A stretch of DNA of 64,000 nucleotides, taken from an uncultured Methanoregulaceae archaeon (GTDB taxonomy: Archaea > Halobacteriota > Methanomicrobia > Methanomicrobiales > Methanospirillaceae). A program made the translations under genes and the position numbers. The notes beneath the pieces were generated by a model. It did not search any database and had not been told where the DNA came from. It was given only the letters and a program-made list of their open reading frames with translations. The stretch's first letter is position 1. Each line of letters begins with the position of its first letter. Shown piece by piece: positions 34,305-44,014 of the stretch. The stretch is taken from positions 960,001 to 1,024,000 of the forward strand of contig OY970061.1 in NCBI GenBank assembly GCA_963705255.1. The letters are read 5' to 3'.

Positions 34305-35045
34305 TCACAGGATGTTCGTGCCCGTCGCCATGCCGAGCAGGATGATGATGACCGGCTGGTGGACGAGATAGATAAGGAGCGAGTGCCGGCCCAGGAAAGC
34401 GAGTGGTGCGCTGAAAAGATCCGGAAGGCGGGGTACCGCGAACTGCCGCACACCGCCGGTATACAGGAAGTTCCCGATCCCTATGCCGATCAACACGACC
34501 CCGAACCATGGAAAGAGCGGGGTATAGTCGACCGAGGTAAAGCCTGCCGGGTAGATGCCAAACGGCAGCAGCCACCAAGGGCCGTAGATACCGGTCAGGA
34601 AAAACCCGGCAAGAATACAGCAGGACCCGATTATGAGGTTATATCTCCTGAACCGGAAAAAGAGCGGAGAGAGCATCACCGACACGCCGATCAGGTGCAG
34701 GATCCCAAAGATGATGAAGCCCTCGCCGAGGTACAGCCACGTTGCTGCCGTGACAAGGAGGCCAAGCGAGAAGATGCCCGCCCCGCGCAGGAGGAACTTT
34801 TTTGCGAGGGCTGATCCGGACCGTTTCGCAGCAGCACGGTCGTGGCTGACGACAAGAGAGACCCCCACGATCAGGAGGAAGAGGGTTGCAGTCGCGTAGG
34901 CAAAGTACCGCCAGAAGCCGGTCGAGACGTTGACCGGCGCAATGGAAAAAAAACTGAGATCGAAGAGTGTGTGGAAGAGTACCATCATGAGGATCGCGAT
35001 CCCGCGGGCAGTGTCGATCTCGATAAACCGCGGCCGCTCATCCAT
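34305..35045 (-). CDS. DUF1624 / HGSNAT-like membrane acyltransferase
   Basis: RFIEIDTARGIAILMMVLFH, FGILHLIG, DYTPLFPW, LGRHSLLIYLVHQP. Confidence 0.88.
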   Translation of the reverse strand: MDERPRFIEIDTARGIAILMMVLFHTLFDLSFFSIAPVNVSTGFWRYFAYATATLFLLIVGVSLVVSHDRAAAKRSGSALAKKFLLRGAGIFSLGLLVTAATWLYLGEGFIIFGILHLIGVSVMLSPLFFRFRRYNLIIGSCCILAGFFLTGIYGPWWLLPFGIYPAGFTSVDYTPLFPWFGVVLIGIGIGNFLYTGGVRQFAVPRLPDLFSAPLAFLGRHSLLIYLVHQPVIIILLGMATGTNIL

Positions 35046-35162
35046 ACAAAACTATCGTCCCTGTTCAGTCATATGTGTTGCCAGATCCCGCAGTTTCGGG
35101 GTGTTGCCGGTTTGCGATATTCCTTAAGTACCGGATGGCATATTCTGTACCGGAGTCCGCGA

Positions 35163-36020
35163 ATGACGCACGAAGACGAGCATATCATCGAGGCTGTCGG
35201 CAGGAGCCGCATCGTTATCCGCAACGGGAGGGTTGTCGAAGTCGGGGAAGCCCAGATCAGGGACTGTCCCCTTGCCAGACGGTTTGCTTGTCCGATCCCG
35301 GATATCGGGAAGGAGTCCGTGAAAGCAAATATCGAACACCGTATCAGGGCCTTCGGCATGTGCACTCCCGACCGGGAAGTTCTGGACAACCGGGAATTTG
35401 TCGGGTTCGGCGCGTCCGAGATTCTCAGTACCGCCCTTGCGACCGGTCTCCTCGACGCGGTCGTGCTCGCCTGCGATGGAGCAGGAACCGTTGTCGTGAC
35501 AAAACCTGCGCTTGTGCAGGGCATCGGTGGCAGGATGTCGGGGCTTGTCAGAACGTCTCCCTACCCCCCGGTGATGGACAGGATCGAGCAGAACGGGGGA
35601 TTCGTTCTCGACCGGGAAGATGCAACAGTGGATCAGGTTGCCGGCGTTGCCCTCGCAGCCGAGCAGGGGTTCAGGAAGATCGCTGTCACGGTTGCTTCCC
35701 CTGCAGTGGCAGAGGCAATCCGGGAGATCCACCCGGATACCCTCATCTTTGCCGTGCACGTCACCGGCCTCAGCCGGGAAGAGGCCGAAACGCTTGTATC
35801 AGCGTCGGATCTTGTCACCACCTGTGCCTCGAAGACGATCCGGGAAACAGCAGGCCCGAAGGCGCTGATGCAGGCCGGGACCGCCATACCGATCTTTGCA
35901 ATGACAAAGAAGGGAAAAGCACTTCTCATCGAGAAGATCCGATGCTCGGATGAGCAGGTCATGATCAAGTCGACAAAACTTCCTGCGCTTGCCGACCGGC
36001 AGCCGGACCCTCTTGTATAG
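35163..36020 (+). CDS. Methanogenesis marker 8 protein (DUF2099)
   Basis: DEHIIEA, CPLA, FVGFGASE, CDGAGT, QGIGGRMSGL, HVTG, CASK. Confidence 0.88.
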   Translation: MTHEDEHIIEAVGRSRIVIRNGRVVEVGEAQIRDCPLARRFACPIPDIGKESVKANIEHRIRAFGMCTPDREVLDNREFVGFGASEILSTALATGLLDAVVLACDGAGTVVVTKPALVQGIGGRMSGLVRTSPYPPVMDRIEQNGGFVLDREDATVDQVAGVALAAEQGFRKIAVTVASPAVAEAIREIHPDTLIFAVHVTGLSREEAETLVSASDLVTTCASKTIRETAGPKALMQAGTAIPIFAMTKKGKALLIEKIRCSDEQVMIKSTKLPALADRQPDPLV

Positions 36021-36214
36021 TATAAGGAGATATGCCGGTTAATTTTCTGTACCGGCTGAAATTATAGCTGCATTTTTTCCGTCCGGTAACGGTCCGGTAA
36101 AAATGGAGAGGGCAGGATCGGATCAACAGAGAATATCATCCTGTTTCTTCCGGTAACAATAACTTCCATCACGAAAAGGATGACAACCCCGGAACATCGT
36201 ACCTTATCCGCGCT

Positions 36215-37612
36215 TTACATCGGCAATTCGCAGTCATTTTCAGGGTTATTCCGGAACTCCCGGGCACAGACCGACAGAATCTCGGACAACGAAGGGAATG
36301 TATGGATCTCATCAATGAGATCCTGGACCCCAGCCGGTGCCGGATCGCCAGCACCCCCTGCTGGATGATCTCGGTCGCCTGCGGGGAACAGATATGGACT
36401 CCCAGGATCCTGTCGCTGGCCGTATCGGCCACAATTTTGACCATGCCGCGGGTGTCGCCGACAATCGATGGCTTTGCAAGTACGTCCATGCGCACGTTCC
36501 TGGCAGTTGCAGGTAGACCTGCCCTGATGGCCCGGTCTTCAGTCATCCCGACGCTTGCAACCTGCGGACTGGTAAAAATTCCATGGGGGAGCGCAGAGCG
36601 GTCGAATGACCGTTTCAGTTCCGAGAAGGCATTTATTGCTGCAATTTCACCCCCCTTTCTTGCCGTAGTCTCGAGCATCGGCTCCCCGGTAACATCTCCT
36701 GCCGCCCAGATGCCGGGGGAGGTCGTTCTCATGCTTGCGTCAACGATGACTGCCCCGTTCTTCATCGTTGATACCCCCGCATTCTCAAGGCGGAGCTCCC
36801 GGGTATTCGGAGTGCGGCCGGTGGCAAGCAGGAGGCATTCCGCTGAAAATTTCTCCGTTTTTCCATCGATGGTCGTTGTTGTCGCGATCTGATCGCCGAT
36901 CTTCTCAACGCTTTCCGGGTTAACGCCGGTCCTGATTGCCACGTCTTCCTGCCTGAGGTATTCTGCCAGAAGGGCAGAGATCTCCGGTTCCTCTTCCGGA
37001 ATGATACGGGGGCTCCGCTGGAGGAGGGTGACTTCCGCCCCGAAGTGGCGATACAGCTGGGCAAACTCGAGACCGAGAGCCCGTCCGCCGATCACCACCA
37101 GTGACTCAGGTATATGTTCCGGGTCAAGCGCTTCCGCGCTGGTCATGTACGGGACAGTACCTATCCCTTTCACGGGGGGCAGGGATGGCGAGGAGCCGGT
37201 CGCAATGATAAACCTGCCGGAGATGAGGGTCTGGTCTCCCACCCGGATCTTCCCGGGTGACAGGAACGCGGCCTCTCCCTTCACCAGCTCGATACCAAGA
37301 CGATCGAGGAACCGGTCCTTCTTTTTTTCCTTCAGCCGTTCGATAAGGGTGTTTTTCCCGGCCAGCGCCGCACCGAGGTCAAACTGGCGATCGGCTCCGT
37401 GATTGCGCTGCTGGTCACCCCGGTAATAGTGGTGACCGGCAAGGGTCAGTAAAAATTTGCTCGGTATGCACCCGACATTGACACAGGTACCCCAGAGCGG
37501 GCCGCGTTCCACCATCGCCACGCGGGCAGCCCCCATATGTACCGCGGTCTGCGGCTGCGGATGTGCCGGCGGCGCCGGTCCCGATGATGACTAGGTCATA
37601 GTCTGCAGTCAT
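36215..37612 (-). CDS. MerA-like FAD/NAD(P)H flavoprotein disulfide reductase (two frameshifts)
   Basis: MTADYDLVIIGTGAAG; GTCVNVGCIPSK redox disulfide; ATGR.PN; WAAGDV; restored C-terminus IHTFPSLSE...FRNNPENDCELPM. Confidence 0.8.
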
Positions 37613-37622
37613 GGTGACGGTG

Positions 37623-37847
37623 TCATTGCTCGAGTCTGATGATCTGTACAGGACAGAGGTCTGCTGCATTCATAACGCACTCTTCCTGTTCCGCGGGAGC
37701 GGTACCTTCCGCGATCTTCCCGTCCAGCCGGTACTTACTGGTAATCTGGCTGAATGAATCGTCAGGATTTTCTTCAAAAAAATCCGGACAGGTTTCCCAG
37801 CAGCTCTGACAGCTGACACAGTTTATCCTGTCTATTGTCACTTTCAT
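37623..37847 (-). CDS. Monocluster ferredoxin
   Basis: CVSCQSCWETCP...AADLCPVQII; Shine-Dalgarno GAGGGGGG. Confidence 0.9.
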   Translation of the reverse strand: MKVTIDRINCVSCQSCWETCPDFFEENPDDSFSQITSKYRLDGKIAEGTAPAEQEECVMNAADLCPVQIIRLEQ

Positions 37848-37936
37848 GAGACCCCCCTCGGTTGCCTCAGTTGCGTGAACATTTTTCCGGCAACTGATCG
37901 GCATGGCTGCCGTTTTTCCTCATTCCCGTCGAAGAA

Positions 37937-38227
37937 TCACCTGTTCCGGAGATCCATCTCGGTTCCCAGAATGCAATAGTACAAATTCCTGAGTCCCATC
38001 ATGGGCGTGATGGGGCATGTCGGGCAGATACAGGCCTTTTTTTGCGGGGGGGCGCAACCGGTCTTTCCGACTGCACAGAAGAGCGCTTCATGTTTTCCTT
38101 CCATGCAGTCCGTATAGGTAGGGCAGGCAGGGCACGTGCACAGGGAACGTGCATCGGCCATCGCTTTGGTTCGGTCAGCCTCACTCATCTTCTGCATCTT
38201 CTGCATCATTTCTTCAAATTTGTCCAT
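37937..38227 (-). CDS. DUF2769-type Cys-rich protein
   Basis: CTCPACPTY, LFCAVGK, CICPTCP, YYC. Confidence 0.85.
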   Translation of the reverse strand: MDKFEEMMQKMQKMSEADRTKAMADARSLCTCPACPTYTDCMEGKHEALFCAVGKTGCAPPQKKACICPTCPITPMMGLRNLYYCILGTEMDLRNR

Positions 38228-38248
38228 GCCGTTTCTCCATCATCCGTA

Positions 38249-38506
38249 TCATCCGGGTCTCCAGCGGTCGTTGTCCAGGGAACCGTCATCCCGGACCGAA
38301 CGGTCAAGGTAAATGATCTGGCGAAGGTCCCGGGAGTTCAGTTTCTTGATGATCAACTGCTGGTCCTTCAGTATCTTTAACGCGTTGCGCACGGTATGCG
38401 ATGAATACCGTGTCTTTTCCATGAGGTCTTTATGACTCATCTCGCCGCGGGTGCTGATTATTTCCAGCACGCGTCTCGACGACCGGGGTAATGTTGTCGT
38501 TTCCAT
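38249..38506 (-). CDS. Small winged-helix (MarR/TrmB-like) transcriptional regulator
   Basis: LPRSSRRVL...MSHKDL...SHTVRNALKILK...DLRQIIY. Confidence 0.75.
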   Translation of the reverse strand: METTTLPRSSRRVLEIISTRGEMSHKDLMEKTRYSSHTVRNALKILKDQQLIIKKLNSRDLRQIIYLDRSVRDDGSLDNDRWRPG

Positions 38507-38518
38507 ATACAGGGGGTT

Positions 38519-38866
38519 TCAACCACAGCTCTTTCCACAGCTTTCCTGCGCTCCGGCATCGGATTCTTCCTTGTCGGCAAGGATCCGGGGGAGGGCCTTG
38601 TCCACGAAATCGTCGAGCGATTCCAGCCTGCCCCAGTCCTCGACCGAGTACGTCATATAGACTTCCGGGTCCGGGAGGACGATGACGACACCGGTCTCGT
38701 GGCGGGCAGTGATGAACTGCCGCATGTAATGAGTACTGTGCACATCGTCTCCTTTTTTCGGGATGCGGGCCGTGATCGTCCAGTAATTCAGAAGGTCCTG
38801 GGCATCGACGTAGATCTCGTGTTCCTGCTCAAATTTTTTCAGACGTTCCTCGAGTCCGATAGCCAT
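38519..38866 (-). CDS. Hypothetical protein with C-terminal SCGKSCG
   Basis: 115-aa ORF with SD GAGGTG, directly downstream of encapsulin. Confidence 0.7.
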   Translation of the reverse strand: MAIGLEERLKKFEQEHEIYVDAQDLLNYWTITARIPKKGDDVHSTHYMRQFITARHETGVVIVLPDPEVYMTYSVEDWGRLESLDDFVDKALPRILADKEESDAGAQESCGKSCG

Positions 38867-38906
38867 TCCTGTCACCACCTCATCGCGGGTTATGCATGAT
38901 TTTCTC

Positions 38907-39695
38907 CTACTTCAGTACGCAGACCGCTCCCGGGGCCCTGATCATGAGCGCGAGGCTTTCGGCCACGTAGAACTCGAGGTCGTCTCCGGCAGGCCCGTTA
39001 TAGCCAATGGTCATGTCAAGCCCGATTGCGAGCGATACGAACTGCCGCCCGGATGCGAGGATGACCCCTCCTTTTTTCAGGACCGGTGCCTTCACGACCC
39101 CTTCCGACACGATACCCCGGATATGGTCCAGTTCCGTGCCGTCGCCCTGAGGGTACCGGCGCAGCAGCAGGTTGTACTGGGGCGGGGCAAGTGCCATGCA
39201 GTACGGCCCGTGGAACCCGGCGTCGTCCAGTTTCGTGACCGCCTCTATGACCTGGTCCGCTGCCGTGCCGACTTTGTCCCACTTGGTGAGCGTCAGCGAG
39301 CTTGTTCCGTCGACAGTAAGGAGACCGGCCATGCCTTGGATACCTTGGAATATCATACGGTCTTCGCTTGCTGCACAGTCGGTTGCTGCCGCGGCCACGC
39401 AGGTCGTATCGAGCGTAAGCTTGTCCCTCTCGAAGGAGGCCAGGTCCCGTCTGCCCAGGGAAAACCCGGACCTGATCAGATTCACCGGGATGAACGTGCT
39501 TCCGGATATCCCCTCTTCAAGTTCGCAGTCACTGAGCGGTATGGCCTTGAGCCCGAACCCGAACGGACCGTCGATATCGATTATCCTCCGGCAGGCGAGC
39601 TGGCTCTTGGCAGCTTCGATCATGACGGTATTGAGCAGCTTCCATGTCTCCGGCCCGATCGGGGCCGATTCGCGTTCCAGATAGTTATTGTCCAT
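38907..39695 (-). CDS. Family 1 encapsulin nanocompartment shell protein (Linocin M18-like)
   Basis: YLERESAPI..W, RRIIDIDGPFGFG, EDRMIFQG, GFHGPY, LGLD-like SLAIGLDMTIGY; about 263 aa. Confidence 0.95.
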   Translation of the reverse strand: MDNNYLERESAPIGPETWKLLNTVMIEAAKSQLACRRIIDIDGPFGFGLKAIPLSDCELEEGISGSTFIPVNLIRSGFSLGRRDLASFERDKLTLDTTCVAAAATDCAASEDRMIFQGIQGMAGLLTVDGTSSLTLTKWDKVGTAADQVIEAVTKLDDAGFHGPYCMALAPPQYNLLLRRYPQGDGTELDHIRGIVSEGVVKAPVLKKGGVILASGRQFVSLAIGLDMTIGYNGPAGDDLEFYVAESLALMIRAPGAVCVLK

Positions 39696-39707
39696 TTCAT
39701 ACACCTC

Positions 39708-40073
39708 TCAGCTGGGTTTCAGTGATCCGATTGTCGTTTCAGTCTTCTCCGGTGCCGGTTCCTTTGCAGGTGCTGCAATTTCCAGTACCACAGCGTCCAC
39801 TTCAGCGGCCCCTTCCTTCAGGAACGCATCCTCGTCCCCGGTAAGGAGGGAGAGGAGGCGCGAAAATTCTCCTGCATGCACGCGTTCTTCGTTCGCGATG
39901 TCGATGAGAACGGCTTTTGCGAGGGCATTGTCCGTGGCTTCGGCATGGGCCATATACGCATGGACCGCCTCGTGCTCTGCAGCAAGGTCAAGGCGTATCG
40001 CCCTGATGAGTTCCTGCAGGGTCAGGAGGCGCTCCGGGATCTTTCCGCTGAACGGGTTTACAAATTCTGGCAT
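39708..40073 (-). CDS. Encapsulin cargo ferritin-like protein with C-terminal targeting peptide
   Basis: AEHEAVHAY, DIANEERVHAGEF diiron motif; linker then TIGSLK cargo-loading peptide. Confidence 0.92.
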   Translation of the reverse strand: MPEFVNPFSGKIPERLLTLQELIRAIRLDLAAEHEAVHAYMAHAEATDNALAKAVLIDIANEERVHAGEFSRLLSLLTGDEDAFLKEGAAEVDAVVLEIAAPAKEPAPEKTETTIGSLKPS

Positions 40074-40113
40074 TATCTCTCCTCACTCTCAAACGGGATC
40101 TTCCATGGGATCT

Positions 40114-40734
40114 TCATTTTTTCAGCAGCATCTCTGTCCGCTTGTTCACGGCATCCCAGTTCACGATGTTCCAGAACGCCTCCACAAATTTTGCCCGGTC
40201 GTTCTTGTAGTCGAGATAATACGCGTGTTCCCAGACATCGAGGACCAGGAGAACCTCAAAACCGGGGATCAGGTTCACGTTGTGTTTTTCGAGCTGCATG
40301 ATAAGGGGCCTGCGGGTTTTCCTGCAGAACGTCAGGGCAGCCCACCCTGACCCTTCGACACTCGTCGCGGTCATGGTGAACTCTTTTTTGAACCGTTCGA
40401 ACTTCCCGAATTCGCCGTTGATGACTTTCAGGAGCTCCCCCCTGGGCTGGCCGCCCCCGCCGTTTCCCGCCGGCGCCATATTTTCCCAGAACAGGGTGTG
40501 GAGTTTGAAGCCCCCGACGTGGAAGGACAATTCCTTGAGCGTTGCCTTGAAGTCGAGGTCTGCGTTCTCCTTTCGTGCCTTGTCCAGTTTCTCCAGTACG
40601 GCATTTGCACCATTCACATATGCCATGTGGTGCTTCTGGTGGTGAAGCTTCAACTGGTCCTCGCTGATATGCGGGGCCAGGGCATTGTAAGCATAAGGGA
40701 GGTCCGGCAAAGAATACATCTTGTCTGCTTCCAT
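40114..40734 (-). CDS. sod: Fe/Mn superoxide dismutase
   Basis: [34 protein letters not shown]. Confidence 0.96.
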   Translation of the reverse strand: MEADKMYSLPDLPYAYNALAPHISEDQLKLHHQKHHMAYVNGANAVLEKLDKARKENADLDFKATLKELSFHVGGFKLHTLFWENMAPAGNGGGGQPRGELLKVINGEFGKFERFKKEFTMTATSVEGSGWAALTFCRKTRRPLIMQLEKHNVNLIPGFEVLLVLDVWEHAYYLDYKNDRAKFVEAFWNIVNWDAVNKRTEMLLKK

Positions 40735-40834
40735 GGTTTCTACCTTCTCGAACTGTCTTCTGACAGGAGAGAATTGTCCTCTCTGATGGGATCTATAAAG
40801 AAGGAATTTAATAGAGTATTGCCTGTGCTTCAGA

Positions 40835-40855
40835 TTTTGAAACAAATAATGAAAC
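40835..40855 (-). promoter_or_regulatory. Stress-island box upstream of the sod-encapsulin operon
   Basis: GTTTCATTATTTGTTTCAAAA, 21 nt upstream of TATTAAA (40813-40807). Confidence 0.65.
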
Positions 40856-40890
40856 GAAAACAGGGAAAAAGAAATGGGAATACCGGTACA

Positions 40891-41140
40891 TCACGTTTTT
40901 ACTTCATACCGGGGCTCCGGTTTTTTGGCAGGGCCTTGTACAACCTCGCCGGTCCGGACACTGAAGACCGAGCCGTGGCACGGACACTGCACGGTCCCGC
41001 CATCAAGCCTGCCCCCGGACAACGTACACTCCTGGTGCGTTCAGGTGTTCCCGATAGCGGAAATTTTTCCATGGACATTCGCGATAAGGATATCTTTTCC
41101 GTCTGCCTGAACCGCGGTCATGGAATTTTTCGCAAGCTCA
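40891..41140 (-). pseudogene. Rieske [2Fe-2S] ferredoxin with in-frame TGA at the first ligand Cys
   Basis: ELAKNSMTAVQADGKDILIANVHGKISAIGNT*THQECTL...VQCPCHGSVF...GPAKKP; TGA at 41043-41041. Confidence 0.75.
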
Positions 41141-41743
41141 ACCGGCCCGGTTCTTATGCTCGGAAATACACCCGGCTTTCCCGGATGTTGCCGTTGCAGT
41201 CTCTGCGATCTTCCGGACAAACTCGTTTTCATCGCAGGTCACACTCGTGAGGTACCCGAGGCTTCTGGGGTCCCCGATAGCAGTGAGGGCGAGTGCGGTT
41301 CCCATCCGCACCCGCCAGTCCGGGTCTTTCAGGACCGCCCCGATCCGGTCTGCAGATGAGGGGTCCGCGATCTGGCCAAGCGCGGCGATGACATGCCTCC
41401 GCACGTCCGCATTCTCGTCTCTGAGCACCGGAAGCAGGGCGTCGACAGCCTTGTGTGCCCCGATCTTCCCGAGTGCTTCGGCTGCCCGCATCCGCACTGA
41501 CCAGTCTCCATCGCGGAGGATGAGGATCAACCGGTCGACGGCTTTCGGGTCACCAATCCGCCCGAGGGCCCATGCCGCCCTCAGCCGGACGACACTGTCC
41601 CGGTCTTCAAGTGCGGAGATGAGAAGATCCACCGCTGGTTCTCCGATTCCTGCAAGGGCGTATGCGGCACCCCAGCGCACATCCTCATTCTTATGGGACA
41701 GATCCCTGATCAGTTCCTGAATTCTTTCCTTTGAGTTATCCAT
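41138..41743 (-). CDS. HEAT (PBS lyase) repeat protein
   Basis: Repeated D.D..VR..AA.ALG.IG units. Confidence 0.9.
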   Translation of the reverse strand: MDNSKERIQELIRDLSHKNEDVRWGAAYALAGIGEPAVDLLISALEDRDSVVRLRAAWALGRIGDPKAVDRLILILRDGDWSVRMRAAEALGKIGAHKAVDALLPVLRDENADVRRHVIAALGQIADPSSADRIGAVLKDPDWRVRMGTALALTAIGDPRSLGYLTSVTCDENEFVRKIAETATATSGKAGCISEHKNRAG

Positions 41744-41838
41744 AACCCCGCTCCCGGTTTTTACCCGATCCGGCGGGCTGTATCGTTTTCACGTAATTCA
41801 CAAGTTTTTCAATGCCACCAGGGTAGTGCAGCGGTTCC

Positions 41839-42315
41839 TCAGGTGATCGCAATTTTTCCTTTCGGTTCTGCTGCCGATTTTTTCAGGTGCACTTCCAGTA
41901 CCCCGTTTTTGAAGCTCGCATCCGCACCATCCCTGGTAACTGCTTTTGGAAGAGGTACGAACCGGGTCATGGACCCGAAACTGCGTTCGCGCATGTAGTA
42001 GCCTTCTTTCTCCTCCTTTGTCTCCTCCTTCCGTTCACAGGAAATCTCGAGAGACCGGGGGTTGATCAGGTTGATGGTTATGTCCTTTTTGTCCACACCG
42101 GGTATCAGATCTGCGGTGACCACAACTTCATTCTCGTGCTCGGCCACATCCACGCGCAGGCTGCCCCGCTGTGCCGGTAACATCTTCGTACCGGATTCAC
42201 TGGCAGCGGGCAGGAGTGCTGCACCGGATGGTTCGTACACCTGCTGGAGCAGGGTGTCCATGTACTTTCTCATATCTTCGAGTTCGTCAAAAATTGAGCG
42301 GTAGTAAATTTTCAT
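41839..42315 (-). CDS. Small heat shock protein Hsp20
   Basis: VDV.E, ADLIPGV.K.DI, ERSFGSM.R, A.FKNGVLEV.L.K. Confidence 0.95.
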   Translation of the reverse strand: MKIYYRSIFDELEDMRKYMDTLLQQVYEPSGAALLPAASESGTKMLPAQRGSLRVDVAEHENEVVVTADLIPGVDKKDITINLINPRSLEISCERKEETKEEKEGYYMRERSFGSMTRFVPLPKAVTRDGADASFKNGVLEVHLKKSAAEPKGKIAIT

Positions 42316-42510
42316 AAGGGTTCCTCCTGCTGATCGCCCGGTGCCGGATGGTTGATCTGCACCGGTCGCCGGTCTCATAACGAGCGGCCGTTTTCCGACC
42401 CGGGAAAAGACCGGTGAGAGGCGGGGATGCGTTTGTTTCCCTGTACCCGGACTCTCATCCGTCAGGAATATACCTGGTAAAGAATTATCAATTGTTTCCC
42501 GATGTTCAGG

Positions 42511-42531
42511 TTTTGAGACAAAAATTGAAAT
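42511..42531 (-). promoter_or_regulatory. Stress-island box upstream of hsp20
   Basis: ATTTCAATTTTTGTCTCAAAA followed by a BRE-like GGGAAAC and an AT-rich TTGATAAT at matching spacing. Confidence 0.6.
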
Positions 42532-42654
42532 GGATCAACAAAATTATGCATGCGTATCGGACGTGATCAATCCCGTGGGGACATATTTTTTCACCAGTCG
42601 GGATCTCTTCCTATACTTCCGTCCTCCACTCCGGCCGAATTACCTTCTGGATAC

Positions 42655-42849
42655 TTACACTGAAGATTCGATCAGATGTTTTTCACTATCCACCTGGTAA
42701 ATCCCCGGGTTGTTCAGTAAATCCAGGGCGTTGATCTTCATATCTACCAGCTCTTCATACGTGAAAAACTCTGACAGCTCATTTCCTTCTTCATTCCAGA
42801 AGACCTGGATCCCGTTCTGGTACTTTTTTGAACTCTCGATCTGGTGCAT
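42655..42849 (-). CDS. Small hypothetical protein downstream of dnaJ
   Basis: 64 aa with SD GGGAGG. Confidence 0.65.
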   Translation of the reverse strand: MHQIESSKKYQNGIQVFWNEEGNELSEFFTYEELVDMKINALDLLNNPGIYQVDSEKHLIESSV

Positions 42850-42935
42850 ACATCATCCTCCCTATGGTCAGGTTTCATCCTCATCTGCAGGGCAGAGTCC
42901 GTTGGCACTGCTGCATTCCCTTACCGTGCTGCCCC

Positions 42936-43997
42936 TTATTTCGGACCAATAAATGCCTCTTTGATAAGCTCCTCCTGTTTTTTTGTTATCTTCTCCGGTA
43001 TCTTCACGACAACTTTTACGAGAAGGTCCCCGCGGTTGTCTGAGTTCATGGACGGCATTCCCTGCTGCCGGAGCCGGAAGAGGGTATGGCTCTGGGTGCC
43101 GCCGGGGATCCGGAGGAGCGCATTTCCGGTAATGGTGGGAACGGTGATCTCGGCCCCGAGCAATGCCGTTACAAGACCTACAGTCGCAGAACTGTAGAGA
43201 TCGGCCCCCTGCCGTTCGAAAATATCATGTTTTTTCACATGGACGACCACGTACAGGTCACCCGGCGGGCCCTGGTTCTCTCCGGCTTCTCCTTCACAGG
43301 CGATCCTCAGGAACTGCCCGTCTTCTACCCCCGGGGGTATCGAAACTTCGATCCGCCGGGTTTTCTGTATCATCCCTTTCCCCCGGCATGACTCGCACGG
43401 CCTGTCCACGATCTTCCCGTCACCACGGCATGACGGGCAGACCGTGATGTTCACCATCTGGCGGCCACCGCTCTTCTGGATATTCCGAATCTCCCCTTTC
43501 CCCCCGCACGTCGGACATACGCGCACAAAACCGGGCTGGGCACCGGTCCCGTGGCAGGTCTTGCATTCATCGTAATGGGGGACCTCGACCGTATTTTTCG
43601 TGCCGTAGAATGCATCGGCGAGCGAGATACTGATATCGTACCGCAGATCGGCCCCGGCCCTCTTCCTTGTCCTTCCCCCGGACCGGGAAAAGACGTCGAA
43701 GATATCGCCGAGGCCGAAGTCACGGAAGAGGTCGTCGTAACTGGGGGCGGTATACCCGGAAGAGTCGCCGGGTCTGAATTCGGCATGGCCTACCTGGTCG
43801 TACTGGGCTTTCTTCTGCGGGTCGCCCAGTATCTGGTAGGCCTCGTTGATCTCCTTGAACTTCTCCTCTGCTTCCTTGCTGCCCTTGTTGAGGTCCGGGT
43901 GGTACTTCCGGGCGAGGTGCCGGAACGATTTTTTGATCTCTTCCTGCGATGCGTCCTTTTTCACGCCAAGGAGTTCATAGTAGTCTTTTTGTGCCAT
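42936..43997 (-). CDS. dnaJ: Chaperone DnaJ
   Basis: J domain HPD, four CxxCxGxG repeats, GDLYV. Confidence 0.96.
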   Translation of the reverse strand: MAQKDYYELLGVKKDASQEEIKKSFRHLARKYHPDLNKGSKEAEEKFKEINEAYQILGDPQKKAQYDQVGHAEFRPGDSSGYTAPSYDDLFRDFGLGDIFDVFSRSGGRTRKRAGADLRYDISISLADAFYGTKNTVEVPHYDECKTCHGTGAQPGFVRVCPTCGGKGEIRNIQKSGGRQMVNITVCPSCRGDGKIVDRPCESCRGKGMIQKTRRIEVSIPPGVEDGQFLRIACEGEAGENQGPPGDLYVVVHVKKHDIFERQGADLYSSATVGLVTALLGAEITVPTITGNALLRIPGGTQSHTLFRLRQQGMPSMNSDNRGDLLVKVVVKIPEKITKKQEELIKEAFIGPK

Positions 43998-44014
43998 GGC
44001 AGGCGGGACCGGGA

